Source of the DNA: an uncultured Lachnospiraceae bacterium
Lineage (GTDB): Bacteria > Bacillota > Clostridia > Oscillospirales > CAG-272
DNA length: 64,000 nucleotides
NCBI GenBank assembly: GCA_964631595.1
Contig: CAZVXL010000003.1
Span: 9,341 to 73,340 of the forward strand
Direction of reading: 5' to 3'
Shown: positions 16,929 through 25,515 of the stretch, piece after piece
Position numbering within the stretch: the stretch's first letter is position 1
Layout of the letters: every line of letters begins with the position of its first letter
The notes under the pieces: generated by a model
What the model saw: the letters and a program-made list of their open reading frames with translations, nothing else
Told to the model about the DNA's origin: nothing
Databases searched by the model: none
Program-made: the position numbers and the translations under genes

Positions 16929-19137
16929 ATAACTCCTCCCTTGTAAGCATTACTGATTCCACATAATCAACCGGAATAACGACCTTGTTCCCCTCTTGGA
17001 GAAAATCAATCTTCTTTTTAGAATATATACTCGGCATTTCATACTCGTAATCTTTCAACACTGTAAAATCGAATTCGTATGGAGCACATTCACTGATGTG
17101 GATTTTTTCAAAATCAACATATTTAGAGAACATTTCATAAATGCTCTTAATGCGATCAGATATTTGCATATCATGATAAGAAAGTATTCGTTTTGTTTTA
17201 GTAACAGCCGAATCTTTTTTCTTTAAGACAGAAAAATCTCTCATAAGATTGCAAACACAACTTAAATAATAGGACAGTTGCGACAAAGCACTATTGATCT
17301 GAAGGCAAATTCCACTCATCGTATAATTGAAATGCTTAAAACGATCGACAAGTTTTTTTCTGAGAACAAACAAATAAACAAAGCCAACAGCGAAAAAGGC
17401 TGCCATTGTAACTCCTGTTAGCATTAACGAAAACAAAAACGATCTTGTTGTATTCAAGTTACCAAATATCAACGGCAAAAATCCTATGAAATATGCAAGC
17501 AAAGCCGACAATCCGACGAATACAGTTTTCTTTTTTGTCATTCTCTGAGAGATCATGTCGGTGATTTCTTTATTGGATCTTTGTATTTGCTCTGTGAATT
17601 TCTTTGTATCAAACAGATGAGTCGCAGCAACCTCTACCATTTTTTGCTCCAATTCATCAATATGGTAGCCCACATCTTCAATTTGATTTTCAGACAGTAA
17701 TAAAGTCCTGTCATCATCAATGAAATTGTTTTCACGAAGCCCTTCAAAAACTGCAGTTTTCACGGCTCTTCTGGGCTCCCGCAAATATCTTACAAAGCGC
17801 TTACTTATATTTCTGTATTGCTTCGACCAATAAACAGTCTCATCGATAGGACAGTCAGAAGACAATCCGATTCCTTTATACTCAGCATACAATTCATTCT
17901 CGTCAGTTTGGGAATTTATTTTAACCGGTATATTGATATCTGATTCAAAAAGTCTTTGAGCCGTACGATCATCAACAAACGCTTCGCTGTCACGATCCAA
18001 TTGTAAATTGATATCTTTTAACGATAATTGTGTGGACTTTAATTTGCTAATATATTTTTCACAGATCTCTGTTATGATCTCGGAATTGAATTCAATCTGA
18101 GCCCTATATACATTATTGGGATTTATTATACCTTTCGGCGTATCATTATTCGCAATAACGAGTAGTAGGCAGAAAAATTCGATCTGCTTAAATCTATACT
18201 GCTTATTATCTTTCGGAAGCATATCAAACAGAATAAATTTAAGTTTATCACTATATAGATTAAACTCAGTAAATCTTGACGAAGAATTCTCGTCTTTCTT
18301 TTTCCATTTAATATCTTGTTCAACTTTTTCGAAGTCGAATATTCTCGGAGAAATACAAATCACCTCTAATGGCAATTTATCTTTCAACGAAAAGTTGTCG
18401 GCAATGTTTTTTAGCAATTCTTGCTTTTTCGTGTTTTCAATTAAGCACTCAGTGTATTCCGGATCAAAATACATCGGATCATTACCAATAAATTTGATAA
18501 AATCGAGTATTTCTGCATCGGGAATCAAATCAATGATTCCCGATACATCACCCAACTTAATAAAAGAGATCAATAGATCGATCTTATCTTCTGCAATGAA
18601 CCTTCTCAAAGCATCGCGCTGATACTTATCAAGTCTTGTCGCTGTTTCCAAACAATTCAAAGCATTGAGTTGCTTCTCCAACATATACTTATATGTTGGC
18701 ATACGGTCTGAAATCAACAATGAATACTCATCATTGGGAATCACAGATCTACATCCAAGGTTACCGCTTAATGCAACCGTGAATTTAACTAATGGATTTG
18801 AAGCAGCTTTTTCATAGGCCGATATCCTTTGCTCGCGCCTACTTTTCAAACAATCCCAGCTTCTGTCTTTTCTCGAATAGAAGGATTCGCTATATTCGGT
18901 AAAATCAAACGGGTTTAGTTTTTCACAGCCATTATTGCAAATTATAAGTGCACGCCACTCATCCTGATGCTCAATCAAACTATATATATCCGGCACCATA
19001 GTATCAATGTCAGCTGCGTCTTTATTCCATTCGCAAAAAGCCACCTGCTCCGAATTGTATAGCGGTCCAAAAAACATTTTAGTTTCTTCGAAGAGTTCTA
19101 TTGTTTCTTTTTCGGCAAAAATCACCGTAAACATCAT
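16921..19137 (-). CDS. 738-aa protein of unknown function with a C-terminal transmembrane hairpin
   Basis: This is a long ORF with a GGAGG RBS. It has two adjacent hydrophobic helices (VFVGLSALLAYFIGFLPLIFG and FLFSLMLTGVTMAAFFAVGFVYLFVL). I recognise no catalytic motif. Confidence 0.6.
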   Translation of the reverse strand: MMFTVIFAEKETIELFEETKMFFGPLYNSEQVAFCEWNKDAADIDTMVPDIYSLIEHQDEWRALIICNNGCEKLNPFDFTEYSESFYSRKDRSWDCLKSRREQRISAYEKAASNPLVKFTVALSGNLGCRSVIPNDEYSLLISDRMPTYKYMLEKQLNALNCLETATRLDKYQRDALRRFIAEDKIDLLISFIKLGDVSGIIDLIPDAEILDFIKFIGNDPMYFDPEYTECLIENTKKQELLKNIADNFSLKDKLPLEVICISPRIFDFEKVEQDIKWKKKDENSSSRFTEFNLYSDKLKFILFDMLPKDNKQYRFKQIEFFCLLLVIANNDTPKGIINPNNVYRAQIEFNSEIITEICEKYISKLKSTQLSLKDINLQLDRDSEAFVDDRTAQRLFESDINIPVKINSQTDENELYAEYKGIGLSSDCPIDETVYWSKQYRNISKRFVRYLREPRRAVKTAVFEGLRENNFIDDDRTLLLSENQIEDVGYHIDELEQKMVEVAATHLFDTKKFTEQIQRSNKEITDMISQRMTKKKTVFVGLSALLAYFIGFLPLIFGNLNTTRSFLFSLMLTGVTMAAFFAVGFVYLFVLRKKLVDRFKHFNYTMSGICLQINSALSQLSYYLSCVCNLMRDFSVLKKKDSAVTKTKRILSYHDMQISDRIKSIYEMFSKYVDFEKIHISECAPYEFDFTVLKDYEYEMPSIYSKKKIDFLQEGNKVVIPVDYVESVMLTREELYD

Positions 19138-19167
19138 ATTACCTCCCCTAAAAACTTTAGTTTTATA

Positions 19168-22100
19168 TTATTTAATAAGTGAACGCAGTTCTTCGATTTT
19201 TTCATCAAACTTAAATGTGTTGAGCTTCTTGATCTTATTGCTCACCTTACGGAAAACCATATTAACAACACGATTATCGGTGATTTCGGTATTCTTTCTC
19301 ATAGTATCGTTCTCGTTGTAAGCATCATTGTTGAAATTATCAATAAACAACCTGAACTGAGCCTCCAATCGACTCGCAAGGAACGGATCGCGATCGGCTT
19401 CTTGTTCGTATTTACCCACTTCTTTTTCCAAAACAGCGATAACACTGTCGATCATGATCGAAAGCTCGTTATCATCCATCTTGGAGCGAGGCAAGGAATT
19501 ATAATATGCCAGCGGGATTTCAAATACACTGGTAGGAGCCGCATGGCCATCACCTATCTTAAAATTGGATGTGTCACGAACGAATGTGCTTTCTGCATAT
19601 CTATGATTAGAGTCAATGTCATACTTGCAACGTTCTTCCTGCATTTCATAAATTTTCGCAACAGAAGCTCTGTCTCTATAAAGAGAATCCAACACCTCGT
19701 AAAATTCATCACACTCCGTGTTGTTGGAAACAACAAGTGATGTTCTATCGCCTTCTGTATCCTCAAGAGCATAGATACGCTTTTGAGCATCATATCTCGA
19801 GGACGGATGAGTAATGATCATACCGTGCACAACGCCATACACCAATGCAGAATGGATCTTGACCATTTCGTCATAATGAGCACTGAGAGATATCTCGGGC
19901 ATTTCGGTAAGTGAATCCCAACGCTTATCAATATGCAAAGAAATAGTTGAGCTCTTGGTGGAATCAGGCCCAATATTCTTGATGTAATCGTGATAAGCCT
20001 GATAGTAAATACCCGCCTCTTCGTTATACTGTGCATCATCATTATATTCGTCAGGGCTTTTAAAACGAGACAACATATCAGGTGTAATATTATACATAGC
20101 ATTGAAGAAATGCATTTCGTATTTCGAAATTGTATTTGTTCCTGTTAATGAAATCTTGAAAGGCGCTGCCAATTTTTTGATATCGGTATCACGCAATTCA
20201 TCCAACTTTTTATTGTATGCACAAAGAGATACCAATCTGGGTTCATTAAAGTTTGCGTATCCAATTCCGGGGGATGCAAGTTTTTTTCCAAACTTGATCT
20301 TATCCCTAATATATTCATCTCTCTTAGAATCAGATATTTCGGGAGCAAACACAATTTCGTCTTCGTCAGCATTCTCGACTGCCTTAAAATATTCCTTGAA
20401 TGCACACTCTTGTTTAATAGCGGAAATAATGTTCATATTAAGAACACCGTCACACTCCTCGCGAACAGACTCCTTGAAGTAATCAATGAGAACTGTGTCG
20501 AAAATATCTATTGACGGTTTTGCAAGGACGGGATCATACCGGGCAACGCGCTTATTTTCAGCATTGGTCTTAATCGCATCGAAAATCCTAGCACATAAAT
20601 CAGAGGGCAACATCAAATTATCGCCACTCGTCGGGCATATTTGTGTCAATCTATCTAAGCAAGCACGGTCAGCACAAACATAGGAAATGCTGTTTCCTTC
20701 GCTGAACTTAAGCTTATCAACGATTTCATCCTGTGCTTTGGAAAGCAACATTACCTTACTTTCAAAAGAAGCATAGAATTTTTCAAACTCATCGCAAAGT
20801 TGCTGCAAGTAATCCTTAGCAACTTTATAAGACGATTCTTTGAGGGTACTTTCGCAATATTCCTTAACCAAATCAGAATAAGCCGCAAACAACTCATTCA
20901 ACTTTGTCCACAAAGCTTTGTATCCGCCGATTTTTTCAAAAAATGAAGGCTCACTCTTTTCAAGCTTACATACAGCATCAAAATTAACCTCAACATTTTT
21001 ACTTGTAAATCCGCCACGAACATCAAAATAATCCCTGTCATTTGCGCTGGGTGAATAAATAAGAAGTTCATTAAATGTTTTGGTTACATTTGCCTCGGCC
21101 GTCTTATGAGCTTCTTCAAACCTATCTTTTAACGTGTACAAAACATAGCGCATTGCATTAGGATGCATCACGCCCTCACTGCCATCAAGAAGTTTTTCAA
21201 TATGGAAAGATTCAACATCTGCCTGAATAGAAGGAGCATCAAACAATATGGAACGAGCCGCAGATTTTGCCGCAGATGCAGCATTTTTCTTGATCTCGTT
21301 TTCATAATTTCTGACCTCGCGAAGATTGGCTTCCGCCTTTCCTCTCAAAGCTTCATTGTTTTCATAATCCTTTGGCTCACCGTGCTTTTCTGCCTTTTCC
21401 TTCAGATTCTTAACTTGAGGATTACTTTCAAATGACTTACGAATTTCGGCATCAAAAGCAGCCATAAAAGCGCCCATTTTGACATTCATCTCAGCCTGAA
21501 CCTTATCAACATCATTTGCAAGGTTCCGCTTTATATCGGTATCAAAACGCGATTTTCCTTTATTAATACGATCCACATAAACTCCCGAAAGAGTCGGTGC
21601 AGCTTCAGTTGAATATGCTCTTCTCTTTTTGAACTCGGCTTTTTCTTTTTCAAAAGCTTTATCATACTTAAGCCATTCGCCTACGGTTTCACCGTCTCCG
21701 ATGCAAGAGATAGCTCTTGAATATGCCACATACTCAAGAATATCCTCATAAGGATACTTCAAAACAGAAGCACCGATACCGCCAAATCGGTTACGTCCCA
21801 AATTATCTCCATTGGCAAATTCTTTAATAATATTGTCCTCCATGCCGAAAGCATCCTTTTCCATAGGTCCGATATTTTGCTCATAAAGGCTCTGTGCGGC
21901 AAATTCTTTGTACTGATCAAGAGTCAGCATACTTTCCTGACTCTTATCAACTCTGTCAAGAAGGAAACAGAAATCAAACGGCAATCCCTCAAGCTTATCT
22001 ACACCTTTGGTTGTTGTCGGAATATCAATATAAAGATCTTTATATCTTTCCAGATCCTTGCGGACACCGCAAAATCCGCTTGCTTTGATCATGAATGCAT

Positions 22101-22767
22101 TGATTTCTTTGATCGTTGCATAACCATTTCTACGCAAGCTTTCTTTTTCGGTTTCCGTACTGATAACGGTATCCATAACGCCGGGGAGGAGCAAATAGCC
22201 GCGAATGATCGCAGATTTCTCGCGATAATGCTTATGCAAGTACTCACGAATCAGCATACCAACAGTCATAGCGATACCCGAGCCGGTACCGCCGGCGGCC
22301 GATGAAACGATAACAACTCTGAGTGTCTGCTTAAACTCACCGCCGTCTTTAAGGAAAAGGTCGTCAATCGCTTTGTATAATCCTTGAATTTCACCGGTTT
22401 TGATCGTTGCATTTAATGCAAGACGCGATATAGCGCGAACCTGACCTGCACCCTCCGATACAGTTTTAGAATAGAGTGTAGTATTATTCGGGAACCAGTT
22501 ATTGCGAGCATCATCGTCGTTTTTCAAATAATCGAGTACGCTTTGTGTTGAAGATGTTTGTATCCGAATTACATTCGCTTTGGAATTTTTGATCCACTTA
22601 AGATCATTTGCATTGGTATCCATGACAACAAACTTAATATTGTCGATTTCCGAACCTCTGCAACGCTCTGCGACCTTAGTAACAATATCGGAGCCAATAC
22701 CGCCGACTCCAACAAACAAAGTTTCCTTAGTAACATTAAATTGAATGTTCTCTTTTTTAACCGACAT
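19168..22767 (-). CDS. tubulin/FtsZ-superfamily GTPase-like protein (Tubulin_2/FtsZ-like family candidate), 1199 aa
   Basis: The N-terminal glycine loop reads LFVGVGGIGSDIV. A T3-like SEGAGQVRA follows. The signature SSAAGGTGSGIAMTV matches the tubulin pattern [SAG]-G-G-T-G-[SA]-G exactly. I verified it on the DNA at 22276-22296, whose reverse complement GCCGGCGGTACCGGCTCGGGT encodes AGGTGSG. A C-terminal extension of about 850 aa follows and looks largely helical and charged. A GGAGG RBS lies 21 nt after the vWA gene stop. Confidence 0.75.
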   Translation of the reverse strand: MSVKKENIQFNVTKETLFVGVGGIGSDIVTKVAERCRGSEIDNIKFVVMDTNANDLKWIKNSKANVIRIQTSSTQSVLDYLKNDDDARNNWFPNNTTLYSKTVSEGAGQVRAISRLALNATIKTGEIQGLYKAIDDLFLKDGGEFKQTLRVVIVSSAAGGTGSGIAMTVGMLIREYLHKHYREKSAIIRGYLLLPGVMDTVISTETEKESLRRNGYATIKEINAFMIKASGFCGVRKDLERYKDLYIDIPTTTKGVDKLEGLPFDFCFLLDRVDKSQESMLTLDQYKEFAAQSLYEQNIGPMEKDAFGMEDNIIKEFANGDNLGRNRFGGIGASVLKYPYEDILEYVAYSRAISCIGDGETVGEWLKYDKAFEKEKAEFKKRRAYSTEAAPTLSGVYVDRINKGKSRFDTDIKRNLANDVDKVQAEMNVKMGAFMAAFDAEIRKSFESNPQVKNLKEKAEKHGEPKDYENNEALRGKAEANLREVRNYENEIKKNAASAAKSAARSILFDAPSIQADVESFHIEKLLDGSEGVMHPNAMRYVLYTLKDRFEEAHKTAEANVTKTFNELLIYSPSANDRDYFDVRGGFTSKNVEVNFDAVCKLEKSEPSFFEKIGGYKALWTKLNELFAAYSDLVKEYCESTLKESSYKVAKDYLQQLCDEFEKFYASFESKVMLLSKAQDEIVDKLKFSEGNSISYVCADRACLDRLTQICPTSGDNLMLPSDLCARIFDAIKTNAENKRVARYDPVLAKPSIDIFDTVLIDYFKESVREECDGVLNMNIISAIKQECAFKEYFKAVENADEDEIVFAPEISDSKRDEYIRDKIKFGKKLASPGIGYANFNEPRLVSLCAYNKKLDELRDTDIKKLAAPFKISLTGTNTISKYEMHFFNAMYNITPDMLSRFKSPDEYNDDAQYNEEAGIYYQAYHDYIKNIGPDSTKSSTISLHIDKRWDSLTEMPEISLSAHYDEMVKIHSALVYGVVHGMIITHPSSRYDAQKRIYALEDTEGDRTSLVVSNNTECDEFYEVLDSLYRDRASVAKIYEMQEERCKYDIDSNHRYAESTFVRDTSNFKIGDGHAAPTSVFEIPLAYYNSLPRSKMDDNELSIMIDSVIAVLEKEVGKYEQEADRDPFLASRLEAQFRLFIDNFNNDAYNENDTMRKNTEITDNRVVNMVFRKVSNKIKKLNTFKFDEKIEELRSLIK

Positions 22768-22788
22768 GATATATTCCTCCCAGAATAA

Positions 22789-25023
22789 TTATTTTATTGT
22801 TTTTATTTTACATACCAGTGTAGCCACTCCGTCAGATCTGGAAAGTTCAAACCGAGGAGCGCAACTTAATTCTTGGTTGATCGGAGCGATTGATTGTCCT
22901 CTTTCGGCATTTCTTACATCTGTAGATTTCATCCACTGCCCATCGTAGTTTATATACTTTGTTCCGGCCACTTTCATTTCATCGCAGGGTGAATCGATCC
23001 CTATCACAGCCACTCGTCTGCGATTAGATTTAGTGAAGTGATTATCCACAGCTCGCAAATCAAATGTAACCGAGCATTGTTCACCGAAATCAACCGCAGA
23101 AGGACCATTGATCGTCAAGATTTTTCCTTTACGTGCGTATAAAACCTCAACAAACTCCGAATCCAACTCGCCCGTCGATATTGACGTAAAACTGGCTGTA
23201 TCCTTTACGATCATCTTAGGCAAGGATTTTTGGAGCATATAGAACAGCCAAATCAAGAACAAAGCCAAGATCAAAAGTATCCACCAAAGATTTCTTATAA
23301 GCCAAGACAAAAACGCTCCATACTTTCCTATCTCAAACTCAACAGACACTTCCTGCGCCTTGACTTCATTGTCATATTCATCTACATAAGTGGCAGTTGC
23401 CGATAATTTGTATTTTCCTGTATTGGGCTCCGTATACTCTCCCGACTCATTTTGAGCTATGTAAACATTATAAGCGGACTCACCTTGAATCGGCTCACAT
23501 CGGTATTTCAAATCACCCGATGCTGTAATGGTCAAATCAATGCTTGCCAGCTGTTCTTCGGTCAAAGGCTGACCATCGATCAACAAAGAAATTTTTACAG
23601 GTTTCCATTCATCATGATCCTTCAATTTGTACCATGTTTGTTCCGCCGATACGCTTAGTTTGATATCAACCGATGACTTCTTGACATATAGACCTGTTAA
23701 CCAATCAAATCTCGAATCATCTTTACTGGTGATCTTATATTTCTCGAGGTATTTGCCTTCAATATAAATGTCAACAGACTCATTTGGTTCAAAAGTTATT
23801 GTCGCTTCTTCGGGATATTCGGTATATCCGGAATCATTTGATTTCTTTACGTATGTTTTTAGCTCAACATCTTTTCCCATCAATTCATGAGAAGTCACAT
23901 CTTCGCCTGTCGAAGCATCTACTATCTTGCTGGAGACCGTATATTCTCCGGACACAAAATCATCCGAATTATCCACTATTTGACCGTCGCTGTTTACAAA
24001 TGATATATCCACATCAACATTTGGCTCATAAAATATCTCGATCGTATCGGCGCCGCTATATGATAATGTATACTCACCCTTTGGACAGCCGGAAAATGTC
24101 ACTACCTGTCCGGCAAGTGAAGTATCAACTAAAGCTTGTGCATAGCCTGTTGCCTTAATGTTGCTGTATCTACGCTGCCCGCTATCTAATGAGATCGCGA
24201 CCTCATTTCCGTTTGAATCTTTCAATGAAGTGATCTTTGCGTTTTCTCCCTGAGCAAATACGATTACATTTTTCATTGATAGATCAAGATTTAATACCTC
24301 ACCGTTCAAACGGTCACTCGGAAGGACAGAACGCTGAAAGATCAAATTGCAAATGTCTATCAAATCATCTTTAAGGCTTACATCCGAGCTTTTCTTGGCA
24401 AAGAAATTATTTGCCTCATCAGCCTGCAACTCCATAGCCCCGTCAAATCCCAAATACTGAATTTTAACGTCATCCGAAGCCAACCCCGATACTCTTGCTT
24501 GCAGATCGAAATTACTTCCTTGACCGCGGGCATCCTGATTAAAAGCACCGTCCGTCAGAATTATCAACCATTTTTCATTCGCATTCGAAGACCCGCTGAG
24601 GTACTCGTACGCCTCAGTGATCGGAGCAAATGGTGTATTTGACGGATTTACAGTATAAAGGTTCGAGATTTTATCTATGTCGCTTTTACTTTTTATTTCT
24701 ATAGGAGCGTAGCTTCCTCCGGAGCTGGGCTGAGAGCCGTCCGTAGTCACCTCCCACATAGGGTATACATAGAGCTTATCTTTATCATAATTAAGCATAG
24801 AGGCAAATATCTCCATTGCATACTTTGCCCTACACCAGCCATAGCTTTGATAGTACATAGATCCGGAATTATCGAAAACCACAGCTATATCATAGCTTTT
24901 CTCAACCTTGGTCACATCTGCCGCACTTACCCTCAGCGGGATCGTGGCTAATGTCCCAATCATTATTAACATCAGCAACAGCGATGAAAGAGCCCGATAA
25001 AAAGTCTTTGATTTTTTTCTCAT
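22789..25023 (-). CDS. secreted/surface vWA-domain protein with a single C-proximal TM helix and ~140-aa cytoplasmic tail
   Basis: The signal peptide reads LSSLLLMLIMIGTLATIPLRVSA/AD. The vWA MIDAS motif is DIAVVFDNSGSM (DNSGS at nt 24859-24873) and a later LIILTDGAFN follows. A beta-rich middle region precedes the TM helix NLWWILLILALFLIWLFYML, which is followed by a soluble tail. An AGGAGG RBS precedes the start. Confidence 0.75.
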   Translation of the reverse strand: MRKKSKTFYRALSSLLLMLIMIGTLATIPLRVSAADVTKVEKSYDIAVVFDNSGSMYYQSYGWCRAKYAMEIFASMLNYDKDKLYVYPMWEVTTDGSQPSSGGSYAPIEIKSKSDIDKISNLYTVNPSNTPFAPITEAYEYLSGSSNANEKWLIILTDGAFNQDARGQGSNFDLQARVSGLASDDVKIQYLGFDGAMELQADEANNFFAKKSSDVSLKDDLIDICNLIFQRSVLPSDRLNGEVLNLDLSMKNVIVFAQGENAKITSLKDSNGNEVAISLDSGQRRYSNIKATGYAQALVDTSLAGQVVTFSGCPKGEYTLSYSGADTIEIFYEPNVDVDISFVNSDGQIVDNSDDFVSGEYTVSSKIVDASTGEDVTSHELMGKDVELKTYVKKSNDSGYTEYPEEATITFEPNESVDIYIEGKYLEKYKITSKDDSRFDWLTGLYVKKSSVDIKLSVSAEQTWYKLKDHDEWKPVKISLLIDGQPLTEEQLASIDLTITASGDLKYRCEPIQGESAYNVYIAQNESGEYTEPNTGKYKLSATATYVDEYDNEVKAQEVSVEFEIGKYGAFLSWLIRNLWWILLILALFLIWLFYMLQKSLPKMIVKDTASFTSISTGELDSEFVEVLYARKGKILTINGPSAVDFGEQCSVTFDLRAVDNHFTKSNRRRVAVIGIDSPCDEMKVAGTKYINYDGQWMKSTDVRNAERGQSIAPINQELSCAPRFELSRSDGVATLVCKIKTIK

Positions 25024-25307
25024 TAGTTCCTCCTGATAATGCCGTAAAGTTGCATGGTCTCATTTTTATAAATCGGATTCCCTTCAAAAACGAGAATCCT
25101 AAAAAAACAAAGTCGGAGTATCGGATGTTTACAGCTAATCCGTATTTTATATTCTTCAACCGTAAGTTCGATCAATAGTTCAACCGACTCGAAAATATTA
25201 CGCAAATATTAATTCATCCACATAGAATATATCCGGTATAGCAATGATTAGTTATTAATTATAATTGGTATAAAAAACAAAAACAAATATTTCGACATTT
25301 TTCTTAC

Positions 25308-25336
25308 AGTATACATTAAAATTATATGTTTGTCAA
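25308..25336 (-). promoter_or_regulatory. candidate sigma-A-type promoter of the island operon
   Basis: The minus strand reads TTGACA - 17 nt - TATACT (ttgacaaacatataattttaatgtatact), about 285 nt upstream of the vWA start codon. The context is AT-rich, so the call is only moderately supported. Confidence 0.4.
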
Positions 25337-25469
25337 TATAATTAAGTCTTATAATTTAATATTTTATGTACGGATGAAGCAAATAAACTACACGGTATAT
25401 CAATGTATAAATTAAAAAAATATTAACGAACCACTCTTGATCAATACAAGTAAAAGTCCTATACATAGG

Positions 25470-25515
25470 AAACACAAAAACGCATAAACTCCCGATAAAA
25501 TCGGGAGTTTATGCG
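25470..25515 (-). terminator. rho-independent terminator insulating the island from upstream (tRNA-side) transcription
   Basis: A perfect 15-bp stem (cgcataaactcccga / tcgggagtttatgcg, 25481-25495 and 25501-25515) closes a 5-nt loop. On the minus strand it is followed by UUUUUGUGUUU. Confidence 0.8.

Noticed and set aside
4558-24158. Many 60-210-aa plus-strand ORFs inside the AT-rich island (for example 5102-5698, 11310-11954, 18116-18622, 21877-22305)
   Set aside because: All are antisense to very long, motif-bearing minus-strand ORFs. Their translations are I/F/L/K/N-rich noise of the kind expected from AT-rich antisense frames.
24902-25205. Small minus-strand ORFs (85 aa and 60 aa) in the leader of the island operon
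   Set aside because: One overlaps the vWA start region out of frame and the other lies in extremely AT-rich DNA without an RBS. They are treated as non-coding leader sequence.
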